Assembly (NCBI GenBank): GCA_013239625.1
Contig: MU054212.1
Location: 1,612,001-1,676,000 of the forward strand
Length of the DNA: 64,000 nucleotides
Reading direction: 5' to 3'
Origin: Lama guanicoe
Taxonomy: Eukaryota
Part shown: positions 26,921 through 38,843 of the stretch, in pieces
Position numbering within the stretch: the stretch's first letter is position 1
How the letters are laid out: each line of letters starts with the position of its first letter
Position numbers and translations under genes: made by a program
The notes under the pieces: model-generated
What the model was told of the DNA's origin: nothing
Databases searched by the model: none
Seen by the model: the letters and a program-made list of their open reading frames with translations, nothing else

Positions 26921-27343
26921 AACGCACCTGTCCCCAGGTGAGTTGAACCGAGTCTGTGTCATCTTGGCTTAACAAGTGCACATCTACGCCTATGAATGAC
27001 GATTCCATTTTTTTAAAGGAAACAATATATACACTTGCACTCTTGCAGTCAAATAAAAATTATTACATAATGGATTTTTTTCCTTGTAGGCTTCTAAGTA
27101 GTGAATAGGAAGTTTAGAACTGGTAAAAATATTGAACTTACAATTTAGGAAAGCTATGATCTTTTCCTCTGTGTAGGTATATTGTACATGTGAATGTATG
27201 TATTATTCTAGTGACAAAAGATCTGGGATAAGTAAAGGAAGATACAATTTAGAAAAGAAAATGCTTTAGTAAACTCTTCAATAAACAGAACAGAACAAAA
27301 CTCTGTTAAACAATACTGTTAAGCATTATAATTAAAGACTTTA

Positions 27344-27457
27344 GTGGGGAGGGTATAGCTCAATGGTTGAGCATGTGCTTAGCATGCACGAGATCCTGGG
27401 CTCAATCCCCAGTACCTCCATTAAATAAGTAAATAGATACATAAATTTTTAAAAAAC
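27344..27457 (+). mobile_element. tRNA-derived camelid SINE (Vic-1-like) with 10-bp TSD
   Basis: ggggagggtatagctcaatggttgagcatgtgcttagcatgcacgagatcctgggctcaatccccagtacctcca, with A box TAGCTCAATGG, a B-box variant and an A-rich tail. TSD aaagacttta at 27334-27343 and 27458-27467. Confidence 0.9.
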
Positions 27458-27793
27458 AAAGACTTTACATATAGCAAGCTTTTAAAGAGAACAAAACCTC
27501 TGTTAAAAATTTGTTGTCTTTTAAACACACAGTTTTTGACATCCTTCTAGGTGATAGAGGTACTGAGATGATTAAGCTGTGATGAAAATGAGAAGCTAAT
27601 TATATTGGGGTGCCAGTTGGTATCTCGCACAATTTTAGTTACAGCTTAATTTGCTCCTTGCTAAATTGCTAGAGCATATTAAGTTAGATGCTTCTTGATG
27701 ATGGGGCCAAACCATTTATACAGAAAACTCTGCTCATGGCACAATGCCTAACACATATTAGGTGCACAACAAATGTTTATTAAATGGGATTTA

Positions 27794-28022
27794 CAGGGTT
27801 GGCAAAGGACCACTTGCAGGAGAAATCTAGCCTATAGACCAAGGCTATCCCATGACCTTTTGTGTAGGGCTCTTAAGCTGAGAGTTTGTGTATTTTTAGT
27901 AGACCAGAAAGTGCACACACACACACACACACATCCCCCACTGTGTGCCAGAAACCATATGTGGCTGCAAAGCCTGAAATACTTACCATCTTGCCGTTGC
28001 ACAAAGCATTTGCCAACCCTTG
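27794..28022. mobile_element. hAT-Charlie MITE (MER58-like) with internal (CA)n
   Basis: Terminal inverted repeats cagggttggcaaa ... tttgccaacccttg. Internal 'tggctgcaaagcctgaaatacttaccatct'. Confidence 0.8.
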
Positions 28023-28668
28023 CTTTGTTAGGGCTCTCCTTTTAGCTCCTGAACTTTGTCTTGGAGTAAGTTTTCTTCTAGTATCATGATTCGACATTGT
28101 GGCACTAAAGTCTTGCCAAGTCCTTCCTTAGCTGCTAGGGGTTCTGCTCCAGCCCAGTAATAAATGGTTGGCACACCTGGCTTGGGTAACAGGCCGCTTA
28201 ACATGACCCACTTAACTTGCCTGCTTCACTTATTCCTGAATTGGCAAAAAGGCTGTTCCATTTTCTCTGGCTTCCTGGCAGCCCCTTCACCAAACAATTG
28301 GGGGAAAAATAGTAAGAGGCAGCCACATATGACCCTGACGTCCACGAGGGTCCTCCTCATTCCGCTATACGAGTTCCCTGACGACTTTCTCATCCTATCA
28401 CTGTTGTCTGTATTTTGTTATCTTTTAACAGTGCACACTCCTGTCCTCTGCCATCAAGTTTTCAACCCGAGTGTTCCCATTAGCAATGGCTGTAGTTCAC
28501 TGGCCATGGATACAAAAGACCTCAACAAGAGAGAGATGCTCATAAAGTGGGTCAGAAAAAGCCCATAGCTCCTGCGATATAGTAGGGTTAAAAACACACA
28601 TACTTTCAGAGAAGTTTTATGAAAAGTAAAACACTCAAACAACACGTTAAGAGTAAAGCATGTAATTC

Positions 28669-28687
28669 TGTGTGTGTGTGTGTGTGT
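28669..28687. repeat. (TG)n microsatellite
   Basis: Seen directly. Confidence 0.9.
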
Positions 28688-31600
28688 TTGAACTCAGCTG
28701 TATGACTTTCGAAGGCAGAGATTTTTTCTCTATCCCCCAAACCTGGTTTCCCCACATGCTCAATAAATCCTGATTGCATGAGGAAGGAAAAGTGTTTGCT
28801 AAGAGCTTTGACTTCTTCAAAAGTGTGCCGCCACGAAGTACTCACTCGGATGAATTTAGTGTCAGTGCGCCTGGGGTTCTGCAAGGAAACCCACTTGTCA
28901 GTCCAAAACATAAACCAACTGATAAAGAAATGGTTTTACATCCTCAAACCAGAATTCTGAAACAAAGCCCCTGAATGGACAAGCGATAAATATTTAGACT
29001 TGAATTTTGACTGTAGCCAATGGAGAAATCCTTTGCACAGTTGGGTGTATTACTATATCTTTATGTGTCCCCAGAGCATTGTTGATTCAGAGAATATGCT
29101 AGTAACAACTAACTCTTCTCAGAACTTGCCGTTTAGGTCACTTTTATTATTTGTTTTTCTCTGAACCGAAGGTCAAGCTTATTATGTGTGCACCCCACCC
29201 CCCACTCATATGGGAAAAGGCTGAGCCCAACAGAGCCCTGGATCTTGGTCTTGCCGGCACTTCGCCGAAGCAGCGGGGATGCCAGACCTTCCCTTTCTCA
29301 CAGGCACTTTGGAACTCCGGTTGGGTTTCTGTGAGTTGAGCACACCACTCACTCTGTGTTTCACTCGGATCTCTTATTTTTAAGGCCATCTATTAAATTT
29401 TTGCTCAGGCTGTCCCTCAAAGCTCTCCTACTCCACCAAACAATGTCTTACTGAAGATGAAAGATGTAGATGTGGTGTGAAAAAAGAAGGGACCTTGGTT
29501 TTTCTTTTTCCCCAATGGCCTTATTTATGGTTTTCAGATGGTGGCAGGGATGTTTATATGAACCTTACCCAAACTGCCTGAACCTCCTGGGTCTGCAAAT
29601 ATCGCCTGCAAATTGCATGAGAACAGAACTTTTTTCCAGGATGGGGCCAGGGTGGGGGGGTGACTAAGATTTCCTGTACTTCCTGTTTTAGAGCTGCTGG
29701 AAATGAGACAAAAACTGTATTTCAGGATTTCAGTACCTGGTCCCAGCTGGAATCTGGACACACAGATGTACACAAAGAAGGGACACATACATATGCTCTC
29801 GGATACATGCAAATACCCACAAAGGGGCATCATGCATATTCAAAGAATTTTTTTTTAATACACACACAGTACTTTTCAATTTTAAAAAATGAGGTCACAT
29901 TCCAAGATGTTTCATAAGGGCCTTTCAAAGTTTCAAGACAAAACAGAACAACAATCTGATTTGAAGGAAAAGCTTTAGTTCCTTATTCTTTTATGCAGAT
30001 TGGCCGGATCATGCTAGAGAAAAAAAAGAAACAAAGAAACCCAAAGCTCACAGCACACAAGTGTAACCCATTGAAGCCAGGCGACCTGGTGGCACGTTCC
30101 TTTTAACACCTTCCTTCTTTGTCCACCTCCTCTTCCCCACTTGCTGAAATCAGTTGTTCTCATGAGACTCTGGGGTATCTCCAGGGCAGCGTGGCAGTAC
30201 TCCCCCTGCGGGCCAAGATGAGGACAGGCAGCAGCACTCTCCACGGAGGACACTGCTCCCCTGAATTCAGTATATCTATAAAGTTTGGAAAAGGGGCACA
30301 GGACGATTGAAAAAGAATTAGGGCAGAGGCAGATGCAAAACCACAAATTAAGTGATGTATTGGCTTATCCGTCAAGCCGCCTGGCTGTCAGAGACTGTAA
30401 CGATGTGACTGTGATACCACGCAGGTTATTGCCCATGTAGAGCAGCACCCCCAGACATGTGCATCCTCCTAAGGTCTGGCCTTTGTGCAGACGATGAGCC
30501 AGCAGGTCATTAACGGGCGGTGCAAACAGGAGGGGCCCATGGAACACGGAGAAGGCGTGCTTGAAAGGGAGAGTCAGACTTTCCAATAACCACTTTCAGT
30601 TGGCAGAGCTCTGATTGGAACCATGTGACAATTTTAGGCGATGTACCATAGGCAGCCAATTTATTACATATGGCAATATGATTAATGGTATCAAATGCCT
30701 TTTTTTGGTAACATCCAAGAACACTCCACCAGCCAACTGCTTGGAGTCCAAGGCAGTGAAAATCTGTTCCATGAATTTAAAGTCAGGCAGACGAGGTTAA
30801 ATGAGAGAGGGCCAGGCGCCAAGGCAATGATTACAAAGTAAGTTGTTTCAAAAAAAAAAGCAGAATGTTTCAAATCTGGTCTTGAACAAATCCCATCCAG
30901 TCCCCACCTACCCCTACCTATTTTTTTCTTTTCCTTTCCCCTCGTGTTTCTTGATGCGAAAGCCCTAATAGCTACAGTCTGGAAGACATTTCTGAAGCCA
31001 GGCTGTCTTCCCCTTGCCAGAGCCTCTTTCAGGTCTGGGCGAATCTGCACATGACCATCGACTGGATCTTTCCTTGGAATCCTCTGCCGGGGTAGCCAAG
31101 AGACCAGCAGATGGGGTGGATGGGGAGATGGCCTCCTGTGGGCAGGAGAAATGGCCCAGCCTCGTCCCACTCCCCAGGGTAATTGGGAGCCCTCTCTGCT
31201 CTCTTCTGTCTGAGTAGGTTTCCCTGGACTTCAAAGCTACTCCACACACAGAGAGATTTGCAGAGGGAGTGAATGATGAGGAGGGTTGCTTGCACTTGGA
31301 ATTTTGCAGAATGAGGATAAAGCATTGGGAAGACTGCTGGGAGGCCGAGAGAGTCTCCAGATGTCTTATTCCCCAGAGTGTCCCCACTCAACATGGCATA
31401 GGTGCTTACTACATTTCTGTTACATAGGTGAGTGTACTATCACTGGCTCCTTTGTGTTTTCTAGTGGACATATGCCCACTGTGTCCAAGTTGTGAGTCAC
31501 TGCCCTATGGAAAGGATTTTCGAAAAAGACCAACACATTTTAACTATCACTGGGCACTTGGATAGCTGGGATAGTTTATCATCTGTAAAATTTATTTAAT

Positions 31601-32444
31601 CTTTATGGGCAACAAATTGGTAGTGTGTGGTTGTTTCTGATGGAGCAAAGTGATCCCTAACCCTGTGGTTCGTGGATTATTGTTTTTTCCTTTTTTGTAA
31701 GAACAGAATCTGGCCAGTTATTTAGGGATTACACCCATTACTCGGGGCTCAATCTTCAATCCGTCAATTAGGTGTCCTCTTTATAAGTCATCTGAGGATC
31801 CTAGACTGTGTCTCTGGCCAAGCTTTTTTTCCTGCAGAAACAGAACTTAACATGAAAAGTGTGGGTAAATAATGAAAACCTATGGAAGTCAGGTAACTCT
31901 GATGCAGGCAGAAGAGTAAAGATGGCTCCAAAATAAGGCAAAAAGGTCTTGAGAGCGAGACTGAGCTATAAAGGAAGGTAACTAGGCGATTGCATTGTGA
32001 TGTCACCCTCGGGGACTGAGTGTAGCCTGCAATCACGATGCCTTCCCTCAGCTTTCTCCACTGGAGTTTTCAAGCCATTCCAACATGCTGTGTGAAGTCT
32101 GAGTGACAGACAGGGCTTGAAAGTGTTCTAGTAACTTCCTCCTTGAACACCACAGTCTAGTCATTGAAAGCAATACAAAAACCAAGGTTTAATACCAACT
32201 GCATCCTCTCCCCCCATATTTAAAGTGAACCCCAGGCAATTAATTCTCTCCTCTGATCCATGATTATTTCTTCCGAGTGAATCATGTGCACTTTTAAATA
32301 AAAATTTGCTTTTGCTCTGTTTTCTCTGAAGGCCAAATGGAGCAGCCTATAGAGTGCTAGATGAGCAAATGGTTCTGCTGGGCAGAGCACTGCTTTCCTT
32401 TGTAGTTCCTTACTACCCTGAGGAGTTACACAGCCGTGTACCAT

Positions 32445-32955
32445 TGTACTAGTTTTCTGTTGCTGCTGTGATAAAATACACAAAATTGGTGGCTCGGAAC
32501 AGCACAAATTGGTCAGTTCACAGTTCTAGAGTTCAGAAGTCTGAAACGAGTTTTGTTTGGCTGAAACTGAGGTGTCATCTGGGCTGTCTCCCCTTTGGAG
32601 GCTCTAGGGGAGAATCTGTTCTGCTGCCTCTTTTGTCTTCTGGAGGCTGCACACTTTCTCTGGCTGGTGGCCCCTTCCTCTGTTTTCAGAGCCAATAGTA
32701 CAGCACCTTCAAAGCTCAGAGCAGAGAGCTTCTGTTGTCACATCCCCTTTCTGACTCTGACCCTCCTTTTTCCCTCTTATAAGGACCCTTGGGATTTCAT
32801 TGAATCAGTTCCGATTATCCAGGATAATCACCCCATCTCTAATTTCTTAATTTTATCACATATGCAGAATCGTTTTTGCCCCGTAAGGTAACATATTCAT
32901 AGGTTCTGGGGACTGGGTTGTGGATATTTTGGGGAGCCATTCTACTGCCTGCCAT
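32445..32955 (-). mobile_element. MaLR solo LTR (MLT1C/D-like), near full length
   Basis: 'tcacagttctagagttcagaagtctgaaa...ggaggctctaggggagaatctgtt...ctcttataaggaccc...atccaggataatc...taaggtaacatattcataggttctgggga'. It is homologous to the + strand copy at 63068-63551. Confidence 0.85.
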
Positions 32956-33179
32956 GACCATCACGATATAGGAAAGAAAAGAGAAAAAAAAAAAAACACA
33001 ACCAGAAAATCATACAACAAGATTGTGGTGAAAACAGAGAAGAATCAGCAAATCTCTGCTCAGCGTTTCTACCAGGTAGAAGTCCCCCACCTCCCTTGCT
33101 TCCTTGTTGACATGTCTCACTCTGCCTACTTCATCCATAACTTAACCGAGAGCAGGAGCCTGTGGAGAAAGAATAGTGC

Positions 33180-33370
33180 TAATTGAGTGCTTACTGATTT
33201 GATGCTCACGCCGGGTAGGTGCTTCTGTTATCTCAGCGTGGTGATGACAAAATGGAAGCAGAGAGAAGTTAGGTAACTTGCCCAGTGTAACACAGCCAGT
33301 AAGCAACAAAACAAACCAAGACTTGATCCAGGTCTCTGTGATTCCACAGCCCGCTTACTTAACTGCTGCC
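33180..33370 (-). mobile_element. MIR SINE
   Basis: 'gatgacaaaatggaagcagagagaagttaggtaacttgcccagtgtaacacagccagtaag'. Confidence 0.7.
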
Positions 33371-35103
33371 TCTTTCTACGTCTTAAGTCTAACAAAGGTG
33401 TGGGATAGCTAAAGAGGGTAGAAGGGAAGGTCAGAGAGTTTATATTTTTTTCTGTTTGTTTCCCCCTGTCTTAAACCAGCCCTGGAGAAAGACAGTCTAC
33501 AGCCCTGCCTGTGTTCTCGTGTTTATCGTTAATACTCATTACTCTTCACGCCCTTTCCTTGCTTTCTATTGCTATTCACTACTAACTGGGCCTAAATGAC
33601 CTATTCTGTGTGTCTCCTTGAGCCTAATTCTGATCCACCAAGGTCTTGGGGACTGGAGGGTATCTAGCTACCCAGTGGCTAATGGCTATGCCATCACTGT
33701 CTCTCTCTGTTTTTTTAAATAACTGAAGCCAAAAATCAACAGGATTTCCCAGTTAATAAAAGCCTAGCCATGTATTAATTTATATATTCAGGATACTGGT
33801 TTTGAGCCCTAACTAAGCCAATACAGTTATAATATTAAAAATGTAAATGAAAAGAAATTCCAAAACATGAGGAGAGAAATTAAACTAAAACAATAGTCTT
33901 GCTACAGACTGAAATTACCAAGAAAAAAACAAGTGCTTTCAGTTAACGGCTAGACAGAGGGAAGTATGACTTTATATAATCCTTACCAAGTTTTTATGCG
34001 CACTGTTCTGCAGTCCAGAGAAATTCTAATCTTTTAAGGAGTCTAAATCCAGGAGAGGGGACTATTTAGTAATGTGGCCCACTCTACTCGTCACAGTTTG
34101 CCTCCATAAAGCAGTCACAGCTTATAGAGTGTAATAGAATTGACAGATATCAGGCCCTGTTGAGGGGATATGATGGTTGCCAAACTTCCCTGAAAAGGAA
34201 CTTTTGCTGTAAGTGTTGGGTACAAGTAATTCAAGATGTAAACTGCAGGCAGCCCCAGAGTGGCACTGGCCACCTCAGGCTCCACGGCACTTTCTGGGAA
34301 TAGAAGAAAGCATTGGTTTTGCCTAGTTATTAAGATAAATATTCACTTACATTAACGTAGTAATAACACAACCTCTAAAATAAAAGACTCATAATTAGAG
34401 CATATTTAGATCAAAATCATGGCCTCAGGCAAAATGCTGGTCTTAAGATTGTAGATGATAAATCTTCCTCTGTAAACCTAAAATATTATAGGGACATATA
34501 TTTAAAAAAATGAATATTTGCATTTTGAATCCTGATTGGCAAATTTGATCCATTTCTAAAGGCCTGTCTTTTGTGCAGATACACCACACAAAAGTTCTGT
34601 AACCTTAGAATGTGGTTTTATCATTTTAAAAAATTGAAATTGCCCTTGTGTTTATCATTAGTATTGTCTGGAACATTTGGGATAAAAAGATTTAAATTTT
34701 CCATTGCTTTTTCTCTTTTGTCTGTCCCAAATCCCAACAGAGTCATGAAAAGATAGCTTCCTGTCTCTTTGATTTATTCGAAGACTCCTCTCTTCTACTG
34801 GAGCTGTGATTCAGTGATTCTTTTCTTTGGTACCTTGATGGAACACACAAAGTTGTAATTTTCTCTGAAACTTGCTTTTGGGAAAGCTCAGAGTAAGGGA
34901 AGCAGAATGTGGCTCATTTGAACTTTCATGCTTGCTAGGTTTTCCGCCCCTTCCACCATGCATCAGCTGAAGTCACTTTTGTAAATGTCAACACATTTGA
35001 GATATAAATAGCCAACAATTAAAAAGCAGAGATTTGTGCAGGTAAAATTTATAGGGCCACATTTCCTCTAAGACAAGTTTCCCATGCCATATTCTCCCCA
35101 TGT

Positions 35104-35293
35104 CAATAGTTCTCAAACTTGAGCATGCATCCGAATGACCCACAAGGCTTGTAAAAATGCAGTTTTCTGGGCCTCACCCCTAGAGTTTCTGGTTCAGGAG
35201 GTCTAGGGTAGGACCTGAAAATTTGCTTTTCTAGCAATTTCTCCAATAAGATGCTGATGCTGCTGGTCTGAGGACCCCACTTGCAAACCACTG
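35104..35293. mobile_element. MER5A-like hAT-Charlie MITE, full length
   Basis: Ends caatagttctcaaa ... ttgcaaaccactg. Core 'ttctgggcctcacccctagagtttctggttcaggaggtctagggtagg...gatgctgctggtctgaggaccccac'. Confidence 0.85.
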
Positions 35294-35399
35294 CTCTACA
35301 CCATCAATGGGAATGTAGAAGCTTATTTCTAGAGTATTTACATAGAGATTTAACAATAAAGTGTGGGGGGGAGGGTGGAAACATGTGCCATAAAATAAG

Positions 35400-35630
35400 A
35401 ATATATTAAGTATGTATTGTATCTTGTGGTAGGAACCGTTTCGTGTGCTTTATATGTGTTACCTTGTTCTATTTGTCAAACCCTTGGAGATAACTATTTT
35501 TATTACCTCCATTGTACAGATGGAGAAAGTGAGGCTTAGCCAAGTTCTGTGACTTGGCTGAGGTCCCCCAGCTGAAGGTGATAGGGCAGGGAGACAGGCT
35601 CCTTTTCTAAGACTCCAAGCCGACATCCTT
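35400..35630 (-). mobile_element. MIR SINE
   Basis: 'tattacctccattgtacagatggagaaagtgaggcttagccaagttctgtgacttggctgaggtc'. Confidence 0.7.
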
Positions 35631-37099
35631 ACCGCCTTGAAATACTCCCACCCAGGTGCTTGTTTAAAAACCTGATGATGTGTTTCTATAGGAATATAAC
35701 TCTCATCCTCAATAAGAAGACTCCTTGCCGAGGTCACAGGGTTTCAAAACGAATCTGTGCAGAAACACAGGGGCGGAAAGGGTGTGTTTTGGCTGGTGCC
35801 TGCTTCCCTGAGTCGGCTCACTCCGGAGAAACATTTCCATAACAAAGGCAAGTTCTCCTCCCAGAGAAGAGCCGGTGGAGAGCTGCAAGTGTTTGCCTCA
35901 GATGTGATCCACATTTAATGCTTATCTGGGTGAGAGGGAATTTGATTAGAGCAAATACAAAGCACAATTCAGAGAACAAAACCACTAATTCAAAGGTGGT
36001 TTTCCTACGGATGTAAAATACTTCAAGCCTGTTAAAAAGACTGAAGAGAATTCCACCGAGGAGTGGCTTCTATTGTGTCTGATTTCTCAGACTGGAGCAC
36101 TGCCAAGGGGGCTGCTTAGGGGTTTGGGTGGAGAGGGGAGAATGGGCAATTCGGGCTGCTCACGGGACAGGCAGGCACCTTCTAGCCCAAAGGCAACACA
36201 GGCTCAGGCTGGGGGCAAGGGAGGCTGTGCATCCCGCAGACCCTGCTCCCACTCCCTCTGGCTCACCAAGGAAGCATCTCTGCATCTGGTGGCTTCCCAG
36301 CCTAGAAGCATCCAAGCACTGCAGTGCCCTGATATGTTTGTTTTCCTTTCAGCTAATTTTATCAAGGTCTGAGGTCATTATTAGCCAGATCACAAAAGTA
36401 AGAGCTCATTAATATGTATCAGCTCCAAACCCTATGATTTCATCTGCTAATTTGATCTTGTTTTTCCTTGTTTATGGCAATTAAATCAGACCTTGATAAA
36501 TCTGAAAATGAAAAAAGGAGCCACCAGCAAGCACAGCTATTATGATCACTCATTAGAAAGCCAAGCAGACTCTCTGATAAATCCTGCCAGGGTTTTTAAG
36601 GAATAGATGATTACCTGCTTAAACAGCATGGAAGCTACCAGTAAAATATAGCAAAATGATTAAAGAAAAAAAAAGAACACCCCCATTACATCCAAGTGAA
36701 ACAGATGGACAGTTGTACTTTGGGGAATGTTCATGGAGTCTGTTTCCTCCCCTTCAAGCTAGGGAGGGCAGAAGCCCCAGGCCCTCCAGGGGACAACGAG
36801 AGCTGGCTTCCCCTACCCTCCTCCTCCCCTACATCCTCCTGGCGGCTGCAGGAGGCAGGCTCAGCTGCCACCAGGGCCTCCCTCCAAACTGTGCGGTGAA
36901 GAGAGGTGCTGAGTACGGGGTGCGCTGGTGGGGGCAGGTTTGCAGAGTAGGGCCACAGCGAATGCCAACATGGATAAGACCTTTCCTGCCACACACGAGG
37001 CTGTTCATCAGGCCAAGGGTCACCGAGGTGGGCGCTCCTCATTCTTCTGGGTCCCTCAGTGTCCCAAGGACTGTGCTGTGTTTAGGGGAGCCTCTACCT

Positions 37100-38035
37100 T
37101 CTGCATCTTCCTGGGGGGGTGGAGCTGCCTTCTTCAGTTGGAGCTGAACATGCCAAATGCTCGCTTTCCTGGTTCCCCAGAGATAGGGACACTCCCCATT
37201 CTGGAGTCTGGGGTCTTTGAAGACCCTCTCTCTGGTTTTAAAGCGTTGGGATTCCCGGGGCCATTAATGAGCCTTGGAGTCTTGGAGGGACTGGCTGTGG
37301 TGTCTGGGCTAATGGTGGCAGCCGCAGGAGTTCCTCCATGACAGCTCTATGGGATGTTGGGGCTGAGGATGAGCTGCCCTCAAAATGCCAGAGTGGCATA
37401 CTGATTATTTTGAATTAAAGTTACTTAAGAAATGGCCAGCAAAAGAGGGGTACTCTGACCCTCCTTTCTGTCTTCCTGAAGGGGACATAAATCTCTCATG
37501 TGAAAAGTGCACTCCCTGCATCTGGAGGCAGAGGGACACCTATTCACCAGAGATGGGAAGTTCTGGCTGAGAAGCCTGTATGAACAAACATTTTTCCTTC
37601 TTTAATTCACTACCCCAAGCCCAGACTCTTGTTTAGATTCTTCATTAATTGAGCACCCAAAGTCTAAGTTTCTTTGTCCTGTAAATTTCTTACAAATTTA
37701 TTGTTTCTTGGTCTAGAAAGTATAAAAGCTGCCTCCTTTGGCCACTTCTTAAGTCCTGTTTCTATGAGACTTCCATGTGCATGAATTAACATTTGTTTCC
37801 ATTTCTCCTGTTAATCTATCTTGTGTTAATTTTATTATCAGTCTAGGGACAAGAACTCCAGGGGGATGGAGGGGCGATTTCCCCCTCCCCGACAGTAGAG
37901 TTTTGGACATCTTCCCCTAAATCTGGTTCTCTAGGTGTTCCAGCACATCTGTGAACGAATCAATATCTTAAAAACTCTGTGCTTAACTGAGCCAGAGTTG
38001 ATTTCTGTTGCTTGCAGTTGAGAACCCAGACCTCA
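37100..38035 (+). mobile_element. Old ERVL-type LTR (LTR33/LTR16-like) split by the LTR at 37355-37894
   Basis: Left part 'gctgaacatgccaaatgctcgctttcc'. Right part ends 'tgcttaactgagccagagttgatttctgttgcttgcagttgagaaccc'. Confidence 0.5.
37355..37894 (+). mobile_element. ERV1-type solo LTR (MER34/MER39-like), 540 bp
   Basis: TG...CA ends with terminal inverted repeat tgttgggg / ccccgaca. TATA box tataaaa at 37721. 'tggcatactgattattttgaattaaag' and 'tttctcctgttaatctatc' are characteristic of this group. Confidence 0.8.
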
Positions 38036-38793
38036 GAAGGGCAGTGAGGGCTTGTCCCGTGCAGATGGCCAGTGAAGGGAGCCAGTTCCTGGTCTCCAGG
38101 GCGGCAAGCCTCATCCAGCATCCACAGGGATAGAGGTGGGTGGGAATGGGGCTCAGATCCCTACCTCATGCTGCCTCAGGCTCAATCTGTGTTTGAAGAG
38201 TGTCCACTGAGCTTTTCAGGAAAAGCCTTTTTTTTTCAGGGAAAGTTTTCTTTTGAATCTCTCTCTCTCTCTTCCCCATATAATCATGGTATTTCTTTAA
38301 GCTCCTCCATAGCAGTCTGGCCCCATTTGCCTCGGAGGTCTCTGCAGGGATCCGTGTGCAGCCAGCTTGGCACCTTGCTGTCTTCCAGTCCCCTAACACT
38401 TGGTCTGTCTTGTCCCTGTGCCCGCAGGTCTGTTTGCTTGACGAGCATCCAGCTCCTCCCAATCCCTTTGTCTTTCTTCATGTTTTCAGTCTTCTGCTGG
38501 ACCTGTGAGCTGGTTAAAAGTGGGTCTCCTAAAGTTCATTGTCTTTATTTGCTCACTTCTCTTTCCTTAAATTCTGGTGTCTGACCTCTCCATTGGTTGC
38601 TTCTACAGCCTTTGTTGTCTCCCTTTTTTAGATTCTTGACTGGATTCTCTCTGTAATTTGGCTTTCTCTGTCCTCTACAGTAGAAAATTGCCCCTGACAC
38701 TCTCCAAAAATTGATTTGAAAATATTGGCTTGCTGATTTATCTTTTCCATAGGTATCTGGGTAGCTGAAACCCTATCACTACACAATTCTGAG

Positions 38794-38843
38794 CCAAAGG
38801 TGCTTTGTAAAGTTGCCAAAGGTGCTTTGTAAAGTTACCAAAG
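38794..38843. repeat. 22-bp tandem duplication (2.3 copies)
   Basis: ccaaaggtgctttgtaaagttg / ccaaaggtgctttgtaaagtta / ccaaag. Confidence 0.95.

Noticed and set aside
27346..27420. Functional tRNA gene
   Set aside because: It has an A-rich tail and a TSD, the acceptor stem is imperfect, and a diverged second copy is in the window. This fits a SINE.
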